Shown piece after piece: positions 38,701 through 64,000 of a stretch of DNA of 64,000 nucleotides; the stretch's first letter is position 1, and each line of letters opens with the position of its first letter. The notes beneath the pieces were generated by a model. It did not search any database, had not been told where the DNA came from, and saw only the letters and a list, made by a program, of their open reading frames with translations. Position numbers and translations under genes: made by a program. The DNA is taken from NCBI GenBank assembly GCA_951406725.2, contig OX597818.1, positions 45,942,001 through 46,006,000 of the forward strand, in the 5' to 3' direction. The stretch is from Octopus vulgaris (taxonomy: Eukaryota).

Positions 38701-40682
38701 ACATTGCTTATTTGGTAGACAAATAATGAGCTGCAACTATGTTTCATTATAACTCTCAAAGTTGTCAACAAACTGTCATCTGGATCAGCTATTTTGCTTG
38801 TTAATTTCTGTAAAAAAATTTTTATTTATTTACTTTTGTGTTAAAGTGAAAGAGAGAAGAAAGTGAAAAATGTATGAACGTATATATAAAATGGGTGTAT
38901 TTGTGAGTGTGAGAGAGAGAAAGTGAGTGAGTGCCACTTACACATACATGAGAACACACACGTTCACTCACTCTCTATATGAGTGCAAAAACACTCAAAT
39001 AGAAAATGTGACGTCATTGTGGTGGTGGTTGTTGTAAAAGATGTCGTTTACAATAGGTGACTGAAAGAAAAATGATGTTAAATTTTTGTAATGCAAATAA
39101 GTGAAGAACAATACAGTTTAGTTGGTAGCTTACTGAATCTTTTGACACCCCTTATGTCAAAATCAGCGACTCAGTTTTGGAATGCAAAAGGAACATACAC
39201 ACACACATACAAACTCTCTTTTATAGATATAGATTATTTATTTCAGTCATTAGACTGTGGCCGTGTTGGAGCACTGCCTTGAAGGATTTTTGTCAGTACT
39301 AATTATTTTCTTTTTAAAACCTGGAACTTGTCCTATCAGTCTCTTTTGCCAAACTGCTAAGTTACAGGGATGTAAACAAACCAACACTGGTTGTTAAGTG
39401 TTAGTGGTGACAAACACAAAGGCAAAGACACACACACATAACCAACATGCTTCTTTCAGTTTCCATCCACCAAATTCACTCACAAGATTTTGTTTAGCCT
39501 GAGACTATTGTACAGGAGTCTCCAAAGTGGTCAACATCAACCCCTGGGGCAGGAGTCGATGAGACTATTCAAGGGGTCGGTAAATGCACATCAACCTAAT
39601 TATTATCCTTATTATTATTATTTATTTATTTTCTTGTATATGCCTGGAGGTCGGTGAGGGGTTAAGGACTCCATGACGGGGTTGATGGTCTAAAAAGTTT
39701 GGAGACCCCTGCTATAGTAGAAGACACTTGCCCAAGTTGTCATGCAGTGGGACTGAACCTGGAACCATGTTGTGAAATAAGCTTCTTACCACACAGTCAC
39801 ACCTGATCCAGTTTATATTTTTATTACATTTAACAAGCACCTTGCTCAAAGCCAATCATTAGGCAGCTATATTATACCTGCTTTTCCAGTTCCTGTTTAA
39901 GTTCAAGCAACAAGTCAACCTAAGCACTAATTGTATGTGCCTGGTTGCTTTGTTATTAAATGGAAAAATACTTGAATTCTATACCATGAAATACCAGTGT
40001 CATTCATAAGAATAACAGAAAGCATTTCACTTATATTTTATTACCTCCGCCTTAGTGAAGGCAGAGGTCAATGGACAAGATATCTCAAGAACCATTGGAT
40101 AGATTCAGATGAAACTTTCAGGGATGTTTGGCCTTGTGATTGGCATGAACTGATTAGATTTTGGGATCAATCTGGTACCAGACAAGGATTCTTGATTATT
40201 TTTCCTGTATTTTTTTTACTTAATTTTTGAGAGCGGTCAGGTTCATTTTTAGTATTCTCGTTTGTGAGAGCAGTCAAGTTCATTTCAGATATTCTCATTT
40301 TAAAAATCATTTCGGGCTAATTGAGAGGATGTTGGTGTTGTCTTGGTGGAAGTTTGTGCTCTCTGGGTGCTCTTGTTATCCTTGTTTTACTTCTCCAAAA
40401 GCTGAAGAATACAATTAAGGTTTCTAATCCTACAAATTAAAGTTTCCAATCCTTAAATACTATGGTCCCTATTAATCTTAGTTAATAAAAGGCTACATAG
40501 TTTCTGTATAAAATTTCTCCAAACATTGTGGCTGTGCAGTAAGAAGCTTGCTTCCCAACCATGTGATGTTGGGTTCAATCTCATTGTGCCACACTTTGGG
40601 AAAGTGTCAACTACTATAACCCCCAGCTGACCAGCACCTTGTGAGTGTATTTGGTATTCTGAAACAACTGAAAAAAGCCTAT

Positions 40683-40688
<6 letters not shown>
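30931..40688 (+). repeat. Three tandem copies of a 3.25-kb unit
   Basis: Units 30931-34183, 34184-37435 and 37436-40688, with the identical junction cacata|ttgagagtgg at both internal boundaries. Confidence 0.97.
33005..33200. mobile_element. hAT-type MITE inside a SINE (repeated in each tandem unit)
   Basis: TIRs caggagtctccaaa / tttggggacccctg. 8-bp TSD ctattgta/ctatagta. Confidence 0.8.
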
Positions 40689-40730
<42 letters not shown>

Positions 40731-40755
40731 GATGTGAGTGTATAAGAAGCCTATA

Positions 40756-41385
40756 CACAGGGTTTGGACAAAATAATGGAAACACTTCGCATCATAATTT
40801 TTAAATATCTATAAAACCCTCAAAAGCTTGTTTTTTTTTTGTTTTTTGATTTATTATTAGTGTTGCTTAATATGTTTTGCTAAAATTGCTGTTTCTTTTC
40901 AGATATCATCAGAAAAAGGTAATTAAAATTCATTAAAATGACAGATCTATCGGACTTTCAAAGAGGAAAATTGTTGGTGCTTGTATGGCAGGCATTAGCA
41001 TAACGAAAACAGCTAAAATGTTGGGTGTATCAAGAAGTACTGTCCTGAAAGTAATGACAGCCTTTGAGAAAGAGGGAAAAACCTCCTCATTGAAACAAAA
41101 CTCCGGAAGAAAACCAAAACTTTCAGAAAGGGCACTTTTGCAAATTGTTAGAAAGGATCATGAAAGTACAGCTCCCAAAATTACTGCAGAACTTAATGAC
41201 TACCTTGAGAACCCAGTTTCCACAAAAATTTTTCGATGGGAGCTGCACAAAGTCAGATTTCATGGGAGGGTTGCAATCAGAGAACTACTATATTCAAAAA
41301 CAAATGTTGCAAAGCATTTAGAGTGGAGTAAAAACCTACAGAATTGGTCCCTAGAGCAGCGGAAGAATGTTATTTTCTCAGACTG
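40756..41385 (+). mobile_element. 5' half of a Tc1-like transposon
   Basis: Left TIR cagggtttggacaaaataatggaaacac. Peptide MTDLSDFQRG...GVSRSTV...NSGRKPKL...VIFSD is truncated at the first catalytic Asp. Confidence 0.85.
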
Positions 41386-41865
41386 GTGAGCCAGAAGGCT
41401 GCACTAGGCTCCAATCTGATTTGGCAAAGTTTCTACAGTTGGATGCTCTTCCTAATGCCAATCTACTCCGAGAGTGTAGTGGGTGATTTTATGTGCCACC
41501 GGCACGAGGGTCAGTCAGGTGGTTCTGGCAACGACCATGGAAGCCAGTCTGGCGGCACTGGCAATGACCACACTTGAATGTTTATTTTCATGTGCCACCA
41601 GCACATATGCCTCTAAGGCAACAATCACGTTTGAATGGTGCTTTTTACATGCCACCGGTACAGGAGCCAATCTGAGGCCCTGGCAATGATCCTGCTCGGA
41701 TATGCTTCTAACGTTCCACTGGCACAAGTGCCAATCAGGCGCTACTGTCATCGGCCACGTCAGCGATTTTGATTTGATTTGATTTCAGTGGTGGGGAACA
41801 AACACACACACATATGTATATACAACAGGTTTCTTCAACTTTCCATCGACAATGTATATATATAT

Positions 41866-42235
41866 ATGGATGGAAGCACTCCATCGGTAATGACGACGAG
41901 AGTTCCGGTTGATACGATCAACGGAACAGCCTGCTCGGGAAATTAACGTGTAAGTGGCTGAGCACTCCACAGACACGTGTACCCTTAACGTAGTTCTCGG
42001 GGATATTAAGCGTGACACAGAGAGTGACAAGGCCGGCCCTTTGAAATACAGGTACAACAGAAACAGGAAGTAAGAGTGAGAGAAAGTTGTGGTGAAAGAG
42101 TACGGCAAGGATCATGACCATCCCTGCCGGAGCCTCGTGGAGCTTTAGGTGTTTTCGCTCAATAAACACTCACAACGCCCGGTCTGGGAATCGAAACCGC
42201 GAGTCCGCTGCCCTAACCACTGGGCCATTGCGCCT

Positions 42236-42238
<3 letters not shown>
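41866..42238 (-). mobile_element. tRNA-derived SINE (third family)
   Basis: Minus-strand head ggaggcgcaatggcccagtggttagggcagcggactcgcggtttcgattccc. Confidence 0.8.
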
Positions 42239-42268
<30 letters not shown>

Positions 42269-42274
<6 letters not shown>

Positions 42275-42823
42275 CAGGCAAAATGATCTGACACATTTGT
42301 AGGTTAAATAAAAGGCATTGTTTTTCGTTTCTTTTTCAGTTGCTGCCATGAATTGGACTGGTGAACATCGCGCTTTCATTGTAGAAACGTTTATCAAAAC
42401 AAACGATTCTGTAACTGCAACACAAAGAGCGTTCCGTTTGCACTTCAATCTTGGTAGACATGATCCCGTACCAGCTTGAAACACGATCTTGTTATGGGTT
42501 ACCAACTTCAGAGCTACTGGATCTGCATTGAAACGAAAATCAACCGGCCGACCTCGCACCGCCAGAACTTAAAGATGCAATTCGTCGAGAAATTACTGCC
42601 ATTCCACATGAAATGACCCGCCGAGTTATTGACAACTTTCGTGAACGCCTTCGACAGTGTGTGGACAATAATGGATCCCATTTGACTGATTTAATTTTTA
42701 AAACATAATGAAACAAAATGGCATTATATGTACTTTTCAAAAATAAAAACACTTTTTTGTTTCTTTACTTCATTTGCCTTTTATTTAACCTACAAATGTG
42801 TCAGATCATTTTACCAGACCCTG
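42269..42823 (+). mobile_element. Internally deleted rosa (DD41D)-like Tc1/mariner element
   Basis: About 48-bp TIRs (agggtc.gg.aaaatgatctgacacatttgtaggttaaataaaaggca) in a TA context. N-terminal MNWTGEHRAFIVETF...STGRPRTART is joined to C-terminal ELKDAIRREITAIP...RLRQCVDNNGSHL. Confidence 0.85.
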
Positions 42824-43519
42824 TATATATATGTATATACATTGTTTGTAGAAAATATAAATCCGGAGAAGTACACTCTAAGATGTAGTGCCAGTGTACC
42901 TTCATGCTTGCACACACACACACATATCTATATCTGTCTATCTATCTATCTATCTATCTATATATATATATATATACAATAATTAAGGGTAAAATTAATT
43001 AATTAATAATTTTACCAAGTAGTTTGGTATGTTAAAAGAACCATTATCAGTAAACTTAAACAAAATTTTTTAAAATTATGAATATAATTATAATCAGGGT
43101 TCAGCAAAAATTTTTTCACCACATACCGAAATTTAGAAATAGCAGTTAAAAACTAACTATTTGTTGGTTAGTTTTTAACTGCTATTTCTAAATGTTACCG
43201 GAATAACCAAACTTGTAACTTGGAAAAAATATGTTGATTGTAATGGTACTTACTCTGATGAATAAGATTTCTGCATTGTTGAAATATATTGTGATGAACT
43301 TCATGTTTCAAAACGTTGCTTACTTTTTACTCAACCTTATATATATATATATATATATTGGTAAAAAATGGTAAGATAACAAAAGAAAGAAAAAGACCTC
43401 AATATTATGTAAATAGAGGAATTTATCTGTAAATATAATATGTAACAATTATTCGGTAGCCAAGATAAAACTGAGTTTCAGATGCCAAAACTCAGCGTTT
43501 ACCGAATAATTGTCACATA

Positions 43520-43865
43520 TCTTTATATATAAAAGTCAAGTTGTGTGTCTGTCTCCTACGATTTAGATTCCTAACTACTCCCACATTTTGTGGTGCAGTA
43601 TCTTATAGTCGTGATTCATATCGAGCCCTTCTGGGTATTAGCGCGTCTACGAAGAGTCTACGATTTAAAAAAAAATTACCATCATTCTTTTCCATTTTAA
43701 TGCATTTTTTCGCTATTATATAAGGGAAGTAACTCTCTAAAAATGTCTACGATGAGTCAACAATTTAAAAAAAAAATTACCATCATTTTTTTGCTATAAC
43801 TCTCTAAAAATGCTTATATAGTTATTTCCCTTACAAACCCAAGCAACGCCGGGCGATACTGCTAG
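43520..43865 (+). mobile_element. Non-autonomous Helitron
   Basis: A|TCTTTATATATAAAAG...gcaacgccgggcgatactgCTAG|T. Same family as 22728-23126. Confidence 0.85.
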
Positions 43866-45654
43866 TTATATTTATATATCATCATCATCTTTTAATGTCT
43901 GTTGTCTATGCTGACATAGGTTGATGGTGTGACCAGAACTGCCAAGCTGCACCAGACTCGTCTGTTGTGGTATAGTTTCTATGGCTGGAATGTCCTTCCT
44001 AAAGCCAACCACTTTACTGAGTGTGCTGGGTGCTTTTATGTGGAACCATATACAGACTCTTATCTGGAGTCCAAAAATCAGGGTAGCTTTGAATTTTGCA
44101 GGCTGTAGTTCACCACGTGATTGCTTTGTTTTGTTTCCATGGGCATATGCATCATGACACCAGTTGTGTGGACAGCCCTCTTCTGACAGTCAAGTAGTTG
44201 TCTTAATTTATCATAATTTTTATTACTTTTCATTGTTTATTTTAGATTTTCAGTATATATTCAGCCTGTGTCCAGATATCTGGACCACCTCCGGTCCCAA
44301 GGTTGCTGGCTAAGAGGTTCAATACCTGTATATATATATTTCAAATGAGGACATCAGATACCCGAGTAAACAAATACATTCTTCTTCTGCACATTGAGGA
44401 CTTCACCTTAGTGACTTGCCCAGTGTTTTAAATGGGTGTCTTATAAAAATAAATGTACCCAGGTAGAGACACGGCTGTGTGGTAAGTTTGGAAGCTTGTC
44501 CATCGCTACTTAACTGGTGTTGGTTTGTTTACATCCTCATAACATAGCAGTCCAGCATAAGAAACTAATAAAGTACTGAAGTCGATTTGTTTGCCTAAAA
44601 CTCAAAGCAGTACTGCAGTCCAATGACTGAAACAAATGAAATATGACACATAGACGCCAGAACTTGTACTGTCACTATGCGAAGTTTCACCAAATGGTTC
44701 TATTTCCCTGTAAAAGATTTCTATAAGGAACCAAAGGATCATCACCACACAATCAAAATATGCTTCTGTACTTATTTCAGATCATTTGAGTTATTTGCTT
44801 CGTCTGCTAAAACGCGGAAGAGAATGATTTCTAACCAGAGTTCTTTCCCTTTGATCAGAGATGTGGTTTAAAAGTCCTAAATTTCTCAGGAGAGGAATAT
44901 ACGATTCAAGATGAATTCCGAAGATTGTTCTTTAAATATCAGTAAATGATGCAGCTCCATTAACTGTGGGACAAGGAATCAACTTTATACGATTGGTGAT
45001 ACTGACGGCCATACTTAAGAGAAATTTGTGGCAGTCTGCTCAAAAACTATGGTTACATTTAAATACTTTTTTAGTGTGCTCTTGATACCATCAGCACATT
45101 CTTTACAATACCTCATTAATGTTTAATTTATTGGTAACTAGTATGCCTTATTTAATTAGTAAGGGTGTTGGCTTTCACATATTCGAAAGTGTACTGCTTG
45201 AACTCTGGACATTTCTATGTAATGTTTACTAATGAATGTTGTTGCCATCAGCAATTTCAGCTTCATACCTCAGCATCCTAGTATTGCAAGACTGGTTGAG
45301 AGGGTATGCATCTGCAGTTTTAAAGGAGCCTTAATGATTTGTTATATCTCTTCAGATTCTGGCAAGAACTTTTCTGCAGCAATTGATGAGTAGGCAAGTG
45401 TTTACCATGTTCTAGGAAACTTCAGACTCGGAGTACAACCAGATACAGTAGGGCCTGATCTGAACATTCCAGGTGCCCTCTATGAAACCCATACCATCAT
45501 GGAAGGTAGACAAAATCTGGGGTCCTTGAAGGGATTTCTCCAAGGTGCCTGCATTTAGCAGCCTACTACCAAGTGCACTATTAATAAATGGAATAACATC
45601 TGTACGTCACCTTCAAATAGAATAACATCTGCAACGTCACCTTCAAAATAAGCG

Positions 45655-47118
45655 CAACTATGCCACCCCTGGTCTTGATGGAGTTACATACCTGCTTCTC
45701 AAACGTGGCAGGTACTTCCTTTTACACCAGCTTTCTATTTTTTTCCAGTACTGTCTCAACAATGGTGCTACTCCGGAGCAGTGGAAAACTGCCAGTATCA
45801 TTCCTCTGTTCAAAAAGGGCAACCGCACATCACCTGTCAACTATCGCCCAGTCAGTCTCACTAGCTGTATTGCAAAACTGATGGAATCGTGTCAGAGAAA
45901 CATTTTGGAACTTCTGGAGCTCTCACAGTCTCATCCGACCCTCACAATATGGATTTGTCCCTAACTCCAGCTGCAGTGATCAGCTTGTCGAGTTCCTTGA
46001 GGACATTACTCAGATCACTGACAGTGGCTCATGGGTGGATGTTGTCTACCTTGACTTTGCTAAGGCTTTCAACTCTGTGCCACACAAAAGGCTTATGGTG
46101 AAACTCTCTGCAATGGGTGTGAGGGATGATCTTTTTAACTGGTTGAAATCCTTCATTTTCAGCCAAAAGGAGGTTGTCACAGTTCTAGGACAGCATTCTA
46201 CACCATATGAGATGTCATCGGGTGTACCACAGGGATCTGTCCTTGGTGCCCTCTTGTTTGTGGCATACATTAATGACATAGATGCCAATTTAAAGAATGC
46301 CACAGTATTCAAATATGCAGATGACATCAAGCTGTACCGATCCTGTTGTCTACAGCTCTTTCCTGATATCAGACCTGGACACAATGCAGCAATGGATCAC
46401 AGACTGGCAACTGAAACTGGCTGTGGACAAGTGTACCACCATGCATTTTGGCAGAAAAAACCCTGCGTCCACATACTCCCTCCACAACAGATATCAAGAA
46501 ATCCTCTTGCGCACGTGACCTAGGCATCACTGATTTGCGTTGGACAAAGCATATCTCTAAAATTGTCAAGAAGGCCGAGGGTGTCTTGGCATCACTCAGC
46601 AAGACTTTTGTTAGCCGCTCTCCAGCCATCTATTTAAAACTATATACAGCTATGGTACAACCACACTTGGAATTCGCATCATCAGTTTGGAACCCCTATC
46701 TTGCTCAGAACATTGACCTCCTGGAATCTGTTCAGAGATGTGCAACCAAACACATACCCTCCATCAGACACCTACCATACACTGAGCGCCTTGTTTCCCT
46801 GAAGCTCCGGCGACTGGACTTCATAAACACCCACAACAACACTGAACACCTTTTTGATCTTCCTGTGTCTAACACACGTGGACATGCCTACAAAGTCAGA
46901 AAACAACACAGCTCCCATGACTTTTGGAAACATTTTTTCACACTCAGTTGCTGAAGCATGGAACAAACTGCCTGCATCAGTTGTTGACTGCCATGACACT
47001 GCATCCTTTAAGGCCCTCATGCTTTCCGAAATCCGCCGAAACTACACCTGATTATACATACACTTTAGATGAGTTGTAGTGCACCTGAGCACTGTACACA
47101 ATGTTTTTATTATTATAA
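45655..47118 (+). mobile_element. 5'-truncated CR1-clade LINE (RT domain and 3' end)
   Basis: PGLDG, NYRPVSLTS, DVVYLDFAKAFNSVPH, SGVPQGSVLG, YADD, HLEFASSVWNP. Frameshifted. The 3' end gatgagttgtagtgcacctgagcac also occurs inverted near 23700. Confidence 0.9.
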
Positions 47119-47167
47119 TTCAGACTGTTGTTGTAGTCAAAGTGCTTTTAATATTTTTCATCAACTA

Positions 47168-47302
47168 GGGTGATGAGCCAGTAGAATAGTTAGCATTTCG
47201 GGTGAAGTGCTTAGTGGTATTTCATCTGTTACATTCCGAGTTCAAATTCCACTGAGGTAGACTTTGCCATTCATCCTTTTGGGGTTGATGTTATCGACTT
47301 AA
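47168..47302 (+). mobile_element. MetaSINE-like SINE fragment
   Basis: gagttcaaattcc...actttgccattcatccttttgggg. Confidence 0.7.
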
Positions 47303-47556
47303 GCTGTTAACATCAGGGTAAGACACTGCTTATTTTCCAAATTTAGCATATGAAACAAATTTATAACACTATTCTCAGAAAGACAAACTTCGTAACTTGC
47401 AAGCAACTGCCTCCTTGTTTCAATAAAATATTAACTAGTTAAGCAATCAGCATTCTAAGATTATTTGATTTCCATTTGCAATGAAAGTGGACAAGAATGA
47501 ATATTGTTGGTATGGTAAATTTATAATCAACAAGTCCTATACTCATCTTCCATCAG

Positions 47557-47897
47557 TTTATTAAAAACTGTATTGTTGAAATATCTTTTAATTAAAATCC
47601 AGAAAAGTTAAGCAGCAAAACCTACTAATTATATGCAAGCCAATAATTTCATGGTAAAATAAGCAATTGGCATTTCTAATATTCTTACTTTTCCAACAAA
47701 GCAATTTGAATATGTGGAAGTTGTATATTACCAAAAGTGACTGAATGATCACCTTCATCCTTGACCATTTAGCATCCAAATGTAATGCTTATTCCCAGAT
47801 TTCAATGCCATGCATTACCTTGTAGCTTTGTGAGTTCAATGGCCTAATTCTCTATTTTTAGAGTAAAGATCTCACTGGTTTGAAGATAAGATTTATT
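47557..47897 (-). terminator. Candidate polyadenylation signals of the DDX5/17 3' UTR
   Basis: AATAAA on the minus strand at 47892-47897 and 47557-47562, in repeat-free sequence downstream of the stop codon. Confidence 0.45.
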
Positions 47898-48210
47898 TTG
47901 GCCAGTTAAAGTCCATTGCACACAAAGTATCTAAACCAAAGTCAATACAGGAAAGCATTTTGAATAGTAGATGACCAACAACAAAGTGGCATCTGAATCT
48001 ATATCAAATATGCAAAAATGTTTTTTTTAAAAAAAGCACAAAAACCAAGTTATTAAATAATTCTTTAATTTCTTTTTTTTTTCCATTGTTGTTTTGGTTA
48101 ATGATAGATAAAAAGCACAAAGACATCACATGCAGCGTGAAAATGGAAATGACTTAATATATTGGAGCATCTATGTACAACAATAATAACTAAGTGAGAA
48201 AATGCTTGAT

Positions 48211-63987
<15,777 letters not shown>

Positions 63988-64000
63988 TGTTATGTATGAA

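Noticed and set aside
30931-40688. Repeated short ORFs in the tandem units as a gene cluster; array as CRISPR-like
   Set aside because: The ORFs are TE- or microsatellite-derived and disrupted differently between copies. The DNA is eukaryotic with no repeat-spacer structure.
44630-45480. Possible decayed coding sequence (Helitron Rep- or transposase-like) on the minus strand
   Set aside because: Only vague peptide resemblance with many stops. Cannot be supported without a search.

Overview
AT-rich, microsatellite-rich eukaryotic (metazoan) genomic DNA. The SINE, Helitron and mariner content strongly suggests an octopus or related coleoid cephalopod, but that is inference. Positions 1-47,300 are almost entirely decayed mobile DNA: tRNA-derived SINEs of at least three families, CR1-, RTE- and L1/Tx1-like LINE fragments, a Gypsy remnant, Tc1/mariner elements (one full-length mariner with an open 349-aa ORF), Helitrons, hAT, piggyBac and Merlin-like MITEs, Penelope-type repeats with hammerhead-like cores, and a 3.25-kb unit present in three tandem copies (30,931-40,688). 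Positions 47,500-64,000 hold one complete protein-coding gene on the minus strand: a 13-exon DEAD-box RNA helicase of the DDX5/DDX17 (p68/p72, Dbp2) family. I traced every GT-AG junction by hand: CDS 2,241 nt, 746 aa, ATG at 63,987, stop at 48,211. The most interesting signal is intron 11, which sits at the position of the known conserved p68/DBP2 autoregulatory intron. It has a weak donor, candidate poison exons, a regularly spaced cluster of five 5'-splice-site motifs (one folded into a hairpin with a U1-like sequence), and a hairpin between the branch point/polypyrimidine tract and the 3' AG. Together these suggest a structure-dependent splicing feedback switch. Boundaries of decayed repeats are approximate, and most short ORFs in the track are spurious.
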